A DNA stretch of 64,000 bases, taken from NCBI GenBank assembly GCA_965368975.1, contig CBDUPA010000001.1, forward strand, positions 828,118 to 892,117. The letters are read 5' to 3'. Shown piece by piece: positions 10,182 through 19,283 of this stretch (the stretch's first letter is position 1; each line of letters opens with the position of its first letter). A model generated the notes under the pieces. It did no database searches. It was not told the origin of the DNA and was given only the letters and a program-made list of their open reading frames with translations. A program made the position numbers and the translations under genes. Origin of the DNA: an uncultured bacterium. Its GTDB lineage: Bacteria > Acidobacteriota > Thermoanaerobaculia > Multivoradales > JAHZIX01.

Positions 10182-10312
10182 GGCTCGGCACTGCTATCTT
10201 TGGCGTCGAGAGCCCGATCTGGGCTGGCAACGTGGAACCCTGTGATTTCAATTCATCAAGGATAGAAATCTTAGAATATCATGGCTACGAATTCGAACAC
10301 CAAGAGGACAAG

Positions 10313-11035
10313 ATGGCTTACGAAATCGACCTCGCCCACGTTCACGACCAGGGCTTCGGCCACATCGCCCGCGGTGCGGCGGCCGAGCTGCGAGGCCGAC
10401 TGACCGACACCGGCAGTCACGGTGGGTTGATCCTCGATCTCGGCTGTGGCAGCGGTATCTTGACCCAGCGGCTGGTACAGGACGGCTACCGCGGCTGGGG
10501 GCTCGATCTGTCGTCAGCCATGATCGACCTGGCGCGCCGGCATGTGCCACAGGCCGAGTTTCACGTCGGCTCGGTCTACGATGTCGACCTACCGCCGTGC
10601 ATTGCGGTGGCGGCGATCGGAGAGGTGGTCAACTACCTCTTCGACAACCGCAACAGCGACGCTGCCTTCCGTCGCCTGCTGCGACGCGTTCACCAGGCCC
10701 TGCAGCCCGGTGGGCTTTTTCTCTTCGATGCTGCTGGTCCCGACCGCATCCCGCCTGGCCCGTACCGCAAGTTCTTCGAGCAGCCCGACTGGACTGTATT
10801 GGTGGAGGCGTCGATGGACGAGGCCAAGACGGTTCTGACGCGCCGCAATGTCACCTTCCGTCGGCAGCCAGACGAGCTGTACAAGCGTGTCGAAGAAGTC
10901 CACGAGCTACGCTTGATGCGCCGCGAGGAGACGGTGGCGGCCTTGCGGGAAAGCGGCTTCGAGGTCGAGGTGCTGGCAGCCTACGGCGATCTCGAACTCC
11001 CGCATGGGCTGATCGGCTACCTGGCGCGGCGCTGA
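10313..11035 (+). CDS. Class I SAM-dependent methyltransferase
   Basis: LDLGCGSG motif I, LDLS..M, L.PGG.FLFD; GAGG RBS before ATG 10313. Confidence 0.88.
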   Translation: MAYEIDLAHVHDQGFGHIARGAAAELRGRLTDTGSHGGLILDLGCGSGILTQRLVQDGYRGWGLDLSSAMIDLARRHVPQAEFHVGSVYDVDLPPCIAVAAIGEVVNYLFDNRNSDAAFRRLLRRVHQALQPGGLFLFDAAGPDRIPPGPYRKFFEQPDWTVLVEASMDEAKTVLTRRNVTFRRQPDELYKRVEEVHELRLMRREETVAALRESGFEVEVLAAYGDLELPHGLIGYLARR

Positions 11036-11094
11036 GGAACCTTCCTCGGTTGGCAGCGTATCTAGCCGTACCGGACGTACAGGATGACCCAGCC

Positions 11095-13881
11095 ATGACC
11101 GAGCGAGTCCACCAAGTCCAGCCAGTCCACTCAGCGCCCGGCGCCCGTGCACTGGATCTCGTGGAGCGTGTGCTGGAAGTGCCGGTGGAGAAGCGCGCCG
11201 AGCTTCTCGACGCCGAGTGCCCGGATCCGGCGGTTCGCCGGGAGGTCGAAGTGCTGCTGGCGGCCGACGCGGCGGCGGAAGGGTTTCTGGAAGGCCCCGC
11301 CCTGGAGCGCGATGAGGACGGTTCGGGTCTCGAGATCGGACCGTACCGCCTGCTGCACAAGCTCGGCGAGGGTGGCATGGGGGAGGTGTGGGAGGCCGAG
11401 CAGGTTTCACCGGTGCGGCGCCGCGTGGCGCTCAAGCGCATTCGGGGAGGCATGAGCCGTGCCGATGTCGTGGCACGCTTCGAGTCCGAGCGTCAGGCTT
11501 TGGCGTGGATGAGTCATCCCAACATCGCCACGGTGTTCGACGCCGGTAGCGACACCGAGGGTCAGCCGTACTTCGTCATGGAACTGGTCGAGGGTTTACC
11601 GATCACTGACTATTGCCGTCACCGTGGGCTGAATCTGCACCAGCGCCTGCAACTCTTCGCCGCGCTCTGCGACGGCGTCCAGCACGCACACCAGAAGGGT
11701 GTTCTGCATCGCGACCTCAAGCCGTCCAACCTGCTGGTTGTCGAGCAGGACGGTCCGCAAGGGCGCAAGGTTCCGGTGCCCAAGATCATCGACTTCGGCA
11801 TTGCCAAGGCGCTGCACCCGGCTGCTGTCACGAGTTCGTCGGTGGAGGCACTCGAGACCGAAGTCGGCCAGTGGATGGGGACGCCGGAGTACATGAGTCC
11901 GGAGCAGGCAGAGTGGACCCGGCTTGGCGTCGACACGCGTAGCGACGTCTATGCGCTCGGCGCGGTGCTCTATGAGTTGCTCTGCGGGCACTTGCCCTTC
12001 CGCCGCGACGAGCGCGGCCTCGAGGCGCTGCGGCGGCGCATCCGAGAGGAAGACCCGCGGCCGCCCAGCGCCCTGGTTGGGGAGGTAGGAGAGGCTCGAA
12101 TCGAAGCTCGCCGGCTGCGCGGCGATCTCGACTGCATCGTGCTCAAGGCGCTGGAGAAAGAGCGTGGCCACCGCTACGGCTCGGCGGCGGAACTGGCCGC
12201 GGATGTCCGACGTTACTTGAACCAGCAGCCGGTATCGGCACGGCCACCATCCCTGCGCTATCGGCTGGGCAAGTGGGTACGGCGCCATCGTCGCGCCACG
12301 GTGCTGGGGGCGGTCGTCTTGGTGGCGCTCCTGGTCGCGGCGGCCGGCGTGGTGGTCGGGGTGGTGCGTGCACAGCGCGAGGCACGGATGGCACGGCAGG
12401 TGGCGACGGTGCTGGAAGAGACGCTGGCCGGGCTCGATCCCGGGGATCCGCGCACCAGCGCTGGTTCGCCTGCCACTCTGCTGGCGCTGGGTGCCGAGCG
12501 CATCGAGGCGCAACTCGGCGACCAGCCACGCGTGCGTGCGCGGCTGCTGGGCACGGTGGGCCGTATTTACCGCAACCTGGCCCGCTACGACGAGGCTCGA
12601 CCGCTGTTGCAAGAGTCGCTGGCGCTACACCTGCAGGAGTATGGCCGCGAGCACGAGCGCGTCGGTGCTGCGCATCACGATCTGGGCTGGTTGGCCTATG
12701 CCAACGGTGACTATGTACAAGCGCGAGAACACTTCGCCGAGGCGCTCGACATCCACCAGGCAGTGCTCGGCATTGAGCATCCGAAGGTGGCCTGGACGCT
12801 CAAGGATCTTGCTCTGGTGCTGTGGAAAGACGGGGAGCCGCGCGCCGCCAAGCCACTCTTGGAGCGGGCGCGCGAGCTGCTGCGGCCGTTCGGTGACGAG
12901 CATTCCCTGGTGGCGGACGTCCTCTATCACCAGGGCCTGGTGCTCAAGGCCCTGGACGAGGACGTGGCAGCGGTGGCCGTTCTGGAACAGGCGCTGGCGA
13001 TTCATCGCCGGCTGCACGGGGACCGTCACCCGCTGATCGCCTGGGACCTGCTCGATCTCGGCCACGCACGCCGTCGTCTGGAGGGTCCGGACGCCGGCCG
13101 GCCTCTGATGCAGGAGGCGCTGGACATCCAGCGGGAGGTCTTCGGCGACGACCACCCCAATGTTGCGTTCCCATTGCTGCTGCTCGCCGATCTGGAGAGT
13201 TCGGCCCATCGGCTCGAGGCGGCAGAGGGCTACTACCAGCAGGTGCTCGATCTGCGGCGCCAGGCGTTGGGTCAGCAGCACCCAGACCTCGTGCGTCCCT
13301 TGCTCGGCCTGGCACGGCTGGCGCGCGAGGCGGGACAGCTCGATCGCGCCGAGGCGTTGCTGCTGGAAGCCAGGGAACTGCGCGAGCTGGCGCTCGGCGG
13401 TGAGCACCCCTTGTTGGCCGAGGTGCTCGATGGCCAGGCGCGGCTCGCGCACCAGCGGGGAGATTTCGAGACTTCGGTCAGCCTCTTCGAGCAGGCCCTG
13501 CCCTGGATCGACCAGACGTACGGTGTGGAGCACGTGCGGGCGAACCGCTGGCGCATCAATCTTGCTTGGGCGCTGGCGTCCGCGCGCCGGCTGCCCGAGT
13601 CGCGTGCTCTATTGGAGGACGTCTTGGACCACGAGGCCAGCCTGTCGGCGACCTCAGCCGGACGCACGCTGCTGCAGTCCGGACGCTACAACCTGGCCTG
13701 CGTGCTGGTTGCCCAGCAACAACCTGCGCAGGCGCTGGAGCACCTGCGCAGGGCGGTGGCAGAGGGACATGCGTTCCACGGCTACCTCGACGATCCGGAT
13801 CTCGACCCATTGCGCCAGAACCCTGAGTTCGAAGTTCTGGTGGCCGAGGTCCGGCGGCGGCTGGCGAACGCGGAGCGCTAG
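11095..13881 (+). CDS. Hanks-type Ser/Thr protein kinase with TM helix and TPR array
   Basis: GEGGMGEV, VALK, HRDLKPSN, IIDFG, GTPEYMSPEQ; TPRs; terminal YNLAC...DPDL.PLR module. The ORF-track start at 10597 overlaps the methyltransferase, so ATG 11095 is preferred. Confidence 0.92.
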   Translation: MTERVHQVQPVHSAPGARALDLVERVLEVPVEKRAELLDAECPDPAVRREVEVLLAADAAAEGFLEGPALERDEDGSGLEIGPYRLLHKLGEGGMGEVWEAEQVSPVRRRVALKRIRGGMSRADVVARFESERQALAWMSHPNIATVFDAGSDTEGQPYFVMELVEGLPITDYCRHRGLNLHQRLQLFAALCDGVQHAHQKGVLHRDLKPSNLLVVEQDGPQGRKVPVPKIIDFGIAKALHPAAVTSSSVEALETEVGQWMGTPEYMSPEQAEWTRLGVDTRSDVYALGAVLYELLCGHLPFRRDERGLEALRRRIREEDPRPPSALVGEVGEARIEARRLRGDLDCIVLKALEKERGHRYGSAAELAADVRRYLNQQPVSARPPSLRYRLGKWVRRHRRATVLGAVVLVALLVAAAGVVVGVVRAQREARMARQVATVLEETLAGLDPGDPRTSAGSPATLLALGAERIEAQLGDQPRVRARLLGTVGRIYRNLARYDEARPLLQESLALHLQEYGREHERVGAAHHDLGWLAYANGDYVQAREHFAEALDIHQAVLGIEHPKVAWTLKDLALVLWKDGEPRAAKPLLERARELLRPFGDEHSLVADVLYHQGLVLKALDEDVAAVAVLEQALAIHRRLHGDRHPLIAWDLLDLGHARRRLEGPDAGRPLMQEALDIQREVFGDDHPNVAFPLLLLADLESSAHRLEAAEGYYQQVLDLRRQALGQQHPDLVRPLLGLARLAREAGQLDRAEALLLEARELRELALGGEHPLLAEVLDGQARLAHQRGDFETSVSLFEQALPWIDQTYGVEHVRANRWRINLAWALASARRLPESRALLEDVLDHEASLSATSAGRTLLQSGRYNLACVLVAQQQPAQALEHLRRAVAEGHAFHGYLDDPDLDPLRQNPEFEVLVAEVRRRLANAER

Positions 13882-14582
13882 AACCGATAGGCGACGCCGA
13901 CGCGCAACAGTAGTGGATCGAGTTCCAAGATGGACGTGGCTTGGTCTGCCTGGTTGGTCAGCTCCAGCTTGGTGTCGAGTTTCTCGGCCTCGACATGCAG
14001 GGACCAACGATGGTTGCGTAAGGGGATGTTGCTCAGGGGAATGTAGGCGCCGAGCGCCATGCTAGCGGTCCAGTCGTCCTCGGCGGCAAAGCGCTGGCAG
14101 CCGAGCTGCGGTTGGCTGAGGGTGACGTCGCCGAAGGTAACCCAGGCCAGACGGCCGGCCAGGTAGAGGTCGACGCGGCTATCCGGCGTCAGGTGCCAGG
14201 CGATGCCGACAGTCAAGGGCGTCATGCCGGGTGAGTCACCGAGCCGCACTGGACCGACTGGCGAACTCGGCAACCGCACATTGAGGCGCGTCGAGGTGTG
14301 GCTGAAACCGAAGTCGACGCCAAAGCGACGTGAGAAGCGGTACTCGGCGCTGAGCCCATAGCCGAGGTCGCTGTCGGCGTCGATGGGCACCGGCTGGCCG
14401 TCGGCGGTGCGGCCGGTGGCGTCGAGACTGAAGTCGACGTACGCCAGGTCGGCACGCAGGCGCCAGCCGCGGTAGTCGTTCGCTTGTGCCTGGACGCTGG
14501 TGGCTTCCAGAGCCAGGCTCAGGCCGACGAGCAGTAAGGCGGCGAGCAGAAGACGTGGGAAGGGGAAGTGAGGATTCGACAT
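13878..14582 (-). CDS. OmpW-like outer-membrane beta-barrel protein
   Basis: Signal peptide, amphipathic strands (GLSAEYRFSRRFG, PLTVG), C-terminal DPLLLRVGVAYRF; AGGAG RBS. Confidence 0.8.
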   Translation of the reverse strand: MSNPHFPFPRLLLAALLLVGLSLALEATSVQAQANDYRGWRLRADLAYVDFSLDATGRTADGQPVPIDADSDLGYGLSAEYRFSRRFGVDFGFSHTSTRLNVRLPSSPVGPVRLGDSPGMTPLTVGIAWHLTPDSRVDLYLAGRLAWVTFGDVTLSQPQLGCQRFAAEDDWTASMALGAYIPLSNIPLRNHRWSLHVEAEKLDTKLELTNQADQATSILELDPLLLRVGVAYRF

Positions 14583-14710
14583 GAGGTTCTCCTGAGGGAC
14601 GTCGTTGAGGATCAGTACAGCGAAAGGCTGATACCTGCTTTCCTCCAAGGGCGCGAGAACCGGCTGGTGAATCGATCACGGTGGTGGCAACTTTCTCCCG
14701 CAGAGTCGTT

Positions 14711-14780
14711 CCGAGTGCTTTCCCAGTGCTTCATCCCAGTGCTTCATCTCGGTGCTTCATCCCAGAGCTTCTTCCAGAGC
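14711..14780. repeat. Intergenic tandem array of about 6 degenerate 13-bp units (CCCAGTGCTTCAT)
   Basis: Exact copies at 14722 and 14735; variants at 14711, 14748, 14761 and 14774. Confidence 0.85.
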
Positions 14781-14850
14781 AACTACCCGAGCGTCTCGCC
14801 CGCGTGTTCGATAGCATCCGGCGTATGAAGAGCACGGCAAGGGAGAGAAC

Positions 14851-15495
14851 ATGACGGAGACTGGCCGTGAGACGGTGACGCACCTGCTGCGCGCCTGGGC
14901 CGCGGGAGAGGATGCGGCCGCCGATGCCTTGCTGGACACCATCTATCCAGAGCTACGCCGGCTCGCCGCTGCTGCCTTGCGCCGCGAACGCCCGGGGCAC
15001 ACCCTGCAGCCGACCGCGCTGGTGCACGAGGCCTACCTGCGTCTGGTCGACCAGCACGCTGTCGAGTGGCAGAGCCGCGGGCACTTCTTTGCCCTGGCGG
15101 CGCGCATGATCCGCCGCATCTTGGTCGACCACGCGCGCCGACGCGGCTATGCCAAGCGCGGTGGCAACTGGGTGCGAGTCTCGTTCGCCGGCATCGAACC
15201 CACGCTTTTCGCTCGCGGTGAGGCCGAGCGGCCGCAAGATCTGGTGGCTCTGGACGACGCTTTGCGGCGTCTGGCTGAGATCGATGAAGCGAAAGCCAAG
15301 CTGGTCGAGCTGCGCTACTTCGGCGGTTTGCAGGTGCAGGAAATCGCCGAGCTGGAGGGTTTGTCGACCGCCACTGTCAATCGCCGCTGGCGTGCTGCCC
15401 GAGCCTGGCTCTTTCAAGCCCTGAAGCCCGAAGATTCGGCGGCAGACTCTGACGGCGAAGCCGCTTCCCAGGCGGGCTCCGAACGCGTACCATAG
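14851..15495 (+). CDS. ECF sigma factor, TIGR02999/ECF43-like
   Basis: IYPELRRLA, HTLQPTALVHEAYLRL, IRRILVDHAR, ELRYFGGL, ARAWL. Confidence 0.92.
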   Translation: MTETGRETVTHLLRAWAAGEDAAADALLDTIYPELRRLAAAALRRERPGHTLQPTALVHEAYLRLVDQHAVEWQSRGHFFALAARMIRRILVDHARRRGYAKRGGNWVRVSFAGIEPTLFARGEAERPQDLVALDDALRRLAEIDEAKAKLVELRYFGGLQVQEIAELEGLSTATVNRRWRAARAWLFQALKPEDSAADSDGEAASQAGSERVP

Positions 15496-15502
15496 GCTCC
15501 CC

Positions 15503-16861
15503 ATGGACAACCGCTCTCGCCAGGAGCTACCGCGCAGCGAAGAATCCGAGCGCGCGGTGCTCGCCGCCATCATGATCGAGCCGGGTATTCTGCCGATGAT
15601 CTCGGCACGCCTGCGGGCGGAGGACTTCTACCTCGAGCGCCACCAGCTGGTCTATCGGTCGATGCTCGAGCTGCAGGACGCGCAGACCATCATCGACCTG
15701 CGTACGCTGCAGGGCAAGCTCGAGGAGCGCGGGCACCTGGAGCGGGCAGGGGGTCTGGCCTATCTCGCCAATCTGGATATCGATCTGCCGGACCTGTCGC
15801 GGGTCGACAACTACGCCGAGATCGTCAAGGAACGCTCGGTACGGCGGCGCCTGATCCAGACCTCGGACGAGATCATTCGCGACTGCCTGGAAGGCGGTCT
15901 GTCGGCCGAGGAAGCGCTGGCTCAGGCCGAGCAGTCGATCCTGACGCTGGGCGAAGAGACCATCCAGCGCGGCTTCGAGCAGCTGGGGAAGGTGCTCGAA
16001 GACGCGGTGCTGGAGTTGGAGGATCGTCCCGGCACGGCGCTGATCGGCGTGCCCACTGGCTACCGCCGCTTCGACGAGATCACCCATGGCCTCAACCGTG
16101 GTGCCCTGGTCATCATCGCCGGCCGACCGGGCATGGGCAAGACCAGTCTGGCCCTCAACATGGCACAGCACGTGGCGATGCGCGAGGGCCGTTCGGTGGC
16201 CGTGTTTTCCCTCGAGATGAGCTCCCAGGAACTGGCCATGCGCATGCTGTGCGCCGAGGCGCAGGTGCCCTTTTCCAAGCTGCGCCAGGGGCTCTTGTCA
16301 CAAGAGCGTTGGGACGCGGTGCACGCGGCGGTCGATCGAGCGCGGGATGCTCCGTTGTACATCGACGATTCACCCAATCCGACCTTCCTCGAGATTGCCT
16401 CCAAGGCACGTCGCCTCAAGGCTGAGAAGGGACTCGAACTGCTGATTCTCGACTACCTGCAGTTGATGCAGGCGGGCGGCAAGTATGAGAACCGCAACCT
16501 CGAGATCGCCTCGATCAGCCGCGGCCTCAAGCAGCTGGCCAAGGAGTTGGAGATCCCGGTAATCGCGCTGTCGCAGCTGTCACGCAATCCGGAAAAGCGC
16601 ACCGGTGACCATCGGCCGCAGCTCGCCGACCTGCGTGAGTCTGGCGCTATCGAGCAGGATGCCGACCTGGTGGCCTTCGTTTTCCGCGAAGAGGTCTACA
16701 AACCTGACGATCCCGAACTGGAAGGCCGTGCCGAGTTGATCATCGCCAAGCACCGTAGTGGCGAGACCGGAAGCGTGCCGCTGATCTTCCTGGGTGAGTA
16801 CACCGCCTTCGTCAACCCGGACCCGGACGGCTTTGACGCCACCGGTCCGCCGCCCTTCTAG
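15503..16861 (+). CDS. dnaB: Replicative DNA helicase DnaB
   Basis: LP.S.E.E.AVL N-terminus, AGRPGMGKT, FSLEM, LDYLQLM, LSQLSR, DLRESGAIEQDAD, IIAKHRSG. Confidence 0.97.
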   Translation: MDNRSRQELPRSEESERAVLAAIMIEPGILPMISARLRAEDFYLERHQLVYRSMLELQDAQTIIDLRTLQGKLEERGHLERAGGLAYLANLDIDLPDLSRVDNYAEIVKERSVRRRLIQTSDEIIRDCLEGGLSAEEALAQAEQSILTLGEETIQRGFEQLGKVLEDAVLELEDRPGTALIGVPTGYRRFDEITHGLNRGALVIIAGRPGMGKTSLALNMAQHVAMREGRSVAVFSLEMSSQELAMRMLCAEAQVPFSKLRQGLLSQERWDAVHAAVDRARDAPLYIDDSPNPTFLEIASKARRLKAEKGLELLILDYLQLMQAGGKYENRNLEIASISRGLKQLAKELEIPVIALSQLSRNPEKRTGDHRPQLADLRESGAIEQDADLVAFVFREEVYKPDDPELEGRAELIIAKHRSGETGSVPLIFLGEYTAFVNPDPDGFDATGPPPF

Positions 16862-16893
16862 ATCGGCCACGCGCTCAGGACTCGACAATCTCC

Positions 16894-18324
16894 ATGCATC
16901 TCGACGTCACAGCCTTCACGCGCGCCCGTCACCAGCTCGCCTACAGCGTGCGCTGCCAGCACCCGCGGGTCGGTGAACTGAGTTTCCACACCTCGCTGTG
17001 GTACGACTCGGTAGACTTCTTCGCCCTGGAGGAGCGCTACGGCGATGCCTTCCTCCGCCGCATCTACTTCCACATCGTCGCCTTCGACGTCAATCGCCTG
17101 GTCAGTCTGCAGCCGGAGACGATCGATTTCGGTCCGTTACAGGATTGCGTGACCCCGAGCTTCGAGCAGCTGTGGCAGCGCATCGTGCACGGTGTGTGGG
17201 CCCAGTGGCGTTACGAGAACTCCCTGCCGGCGTATCGCGGGCCCTGTATGGAGGTTGCCGCGTCCAAGGAGGAGACGGTCTCGATTCGCTCTGCCGGTGA
17301 GGTGTCTGAGGACAGGCCAGCACGCAGCTTGGCCTTCTGCGGCGGCGGCAAAGACAGCTTGCTCACGCTGCGTCTACTGGAAGACGCCGGCGAGCCCTAC
17401 GACACGCTGGTCTACTCGTACTCTGTCTACGGCCAGCACCCGCACCAGCACGAGCTCGTCGAGGGGCTGCTCGGTCACTTCAGCGGAGGTCGACGCCACC
17501 GCATCTGGATCTTCGACGACTTCCTACCGAGCCCGGTTCTCGACTGCAGTCCGGAGCTCGGCATCCGTACCCTGTGCGCCGCCGAGACGCCGTCCTCCGT
17601 CTTCGCCGCGCTGCCCGTCGCGCTGGCGCATGGCCTCAGCCGCTTGGTCGTGGGCCACGAGCGCAGTGCTGACGTGGGTAACATGGTGTGGAACGAGACG
17701 GGCGAGGAGGTGAATCACCAGTGGGGCAAGTCGCTCGAAGCTGAGCGCCTGCTGGCCGACTACGTGCGCGATGCCCTGGTACGCGACGTGGACTACTGCA
17801 GCATCTTGAAGCCGATTTATGATCCGGTGATCTTCGCGTCCTTGACCGACGCCCCGAGCCTGCGTGCGATCGGCGCGACACATTCCTGCAACGTCGACAA
17901 GCCGTGGTGTGGCCACTGCGCCAAGTGCGCCTATGTGTGGCTGAACTACTGTGCCTACCTGCCGGCCGGCCTCGCCGAGCCGATCTTCGGCCGCGACCTG
18001 TTCGAGGACCCGCGCAACGACCTGTGGTTCCGTCAGCTGCTCGGCTTGGAGGAGCACACGCCCTTCGAGTGCGTTGGTCGTGTCGAGGAGGTTCGCCTGG
18101 CCTTCGAACTCTGCCGCGTCCGTGGATATCAGAACCGCTGGATCGAGCGCTACACCGAGGCTTTCCCGCAGCCGCTGACCGCCACGCAGGTCGAGCCCTG
18201 CTTCGAGGTTGCCGTGCACAACCATGCGCTGCCGGCGGAACTGGCGCGGCGCATCCTGCCAGAACTTGTTGCACGCGCCGATCGTGCCCGAGAGTGGGTC
18301 GCCGCGCACGTGTTGGCTGGTTGA
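16894..18324 (+). CDS. MurL-like (PP-loop-type) protein; putative UDP-MurNAc-L-Ala-L-Glu epimerase homolog
   Basis: GGGKDS, GHERSA, VNHQWGKS, HSCN, WCGHCAKC and PFECVG match the motif series I recall for MurL. Confidence 0.65.
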   Translation: MHLDVTAFTRARHQLAYSVRCQHPRVGELSFHTSLWYDSVDFFALEERYGDAFLRRIYFHIVAFDVNRLVSLQPETIDFGPLQDCVTPSFEQLWQRIVHGVWAQWRYENSLPAYRGPCMEVAASKEETVSIRSAGEVSEDRPARSLAFCGGGKDSLLTLRLLEDAGEPYDTLVYSYSVYGQHPHQHELVEGLLGHFSGGRRHRIWIFDDFLPSPVLDCSPELGIRTLCAAETPSSVFAALPVALAHGLSRLVVGHERSADVGNMVWNETGEEVNHQWGKSLEAERLLADYVRDALVRDVDYCSILKPIYDPVIFASLTDAPSLRAIGATHSCNVDKPWCGHCAKCAYVWLNYCAYLPAGLAEPIFGRDLFEDPRNDLWFRQLLGLEEHTPFECVGRVEEVRLAFELCRVRGYQNRWIERYTEAFPQPLTATQVEPCFEVAVHNHALPAELARRILPELVARADRAREWVAAHVLAG

Positions 18325-18385
18325 GACTGGGTGTCTGAAACGCGGTGTTGCTGCTCGAGTGCCGGATTGTGGCATGATCATGATC

Positions 18386-19171
18386 ATGAACGTCTGGCTT
18401 GCGCTTTTCCGGGGCATCAACGTCGGTGGCAAGAACATCTTGCCGATGAAAGACTTGGTACCCATCCTGGAAGGACTCGGTCTTGAATGCGTGCGCACCT
18501 ACATCCAGAGCGGTAATGTAGTTTTCTGTGCACCCGAGCGACCGCAGCTAGAGACCGAGATAGCCGACCGCATTGAGGCGGAGCGCGGGTTTCGACCGCG
18601 GATCCTGCTCCTTGACGCCAGAAAGCTCCAGGCTTCCATGGCGGCCAATCCCTTTCCGCAAGCCGAGTCCGAGCCGAAGAGCCTGCATCTCTTCTTTCTG
18701 GAGCACGCACCACCATCACCGGATCTCGACGCGCTCCGGGCGGTGGAGAAGGAATCGGAACGCTTCGAGCTGATCGGCGACGTCTTCTACCTGCACGCCC
18801 CGGACGGCATAGGTCGTTCCAAGCTGGTGACCCAGGTCGAGAAGGCGCTCGGCGTCGCGGCGACGGCGCGGAACTGGCGGACGGCTACCAAGATCAAGGG
18901 GTTGGTGTCGGAGCTAGAGGACACCTATGGTTCAGGGCTGAATCTGGCCGACTGGAGACACATGCAGAAACTTCTCTTGCCGTTCATCCACGCCAAGGAG
19001 CCGGCTGCGGTCGCCATGCCTGCTGTCCCCGAGCACTTGCAGTCTCATCCTCTGATACAGATGATTCGTCGTTACCGTCAGTACGGGCGCGAAGAGGACT
19101 TGGACGAGGCGGGAAGGCTCCTCTTCCCGACCGACAAGCCGTTCGACTGGTACCTGCCTCTGACCAAGTGA
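18386..19171 (+). CDS. DUF1697-family protein with a C-terminal extension
   Basis: ALFRGINVGG, TYIQSGNVVF, NPF, TARNW; about 90 additional residues after the usual end of the domain. Confidence 0.8.
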   Translation: MNVWLALFRGINVGGKNILPMKDLVPILEGLGLECVRTYIQSGNVVFCAPERPQLETEIADRIEAERGFRPRILLLDARKLQASMAANPFPQAESEPKSLHLFFLEHAPPSPDLDALRAVEKESERFELIGDVFYLHAPDGIGRSKLVTQVEKALGVAATARNWRTATKIKGLVSELEDTYGSGLNLADWRHMQKLLLPFIHAKEPAAVAMPAVPEHLQSHPLIQMIRRYRQYGREEDLDEAGRLLFPTDKPFDWYLPLTK

Positions 19172-19283
19172 ACATTCCTGACTGCCAAGAGCTGCCTGCC
19201 TCGACGCCGGATGTCGCCGCTTCGATCGGCGCCTTCTGTGATCAGCTCGGGCTGCGATAGCCGCGAGGCAGGCTTCACCTCGA

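Noticed and set aside
10597-11094. N-terminal extension of kinase 2 given in the ORF track
   Set aside because: It overlaps the methyltransferase in another frame and reads as non-coding-frame sequence; ATG 11095 fits better.
14711-14780. CRISPR array or replication origin near dnaB
   Set aside because: Units are 13 bp with no spacers; no cas genes, DnaA boxes or AT-rich unwinding element.
3055-15500. Active integrative element at the tRNA
   Set aside because: No integrase and no repeat of the tRNA 3' end were seen in the window.
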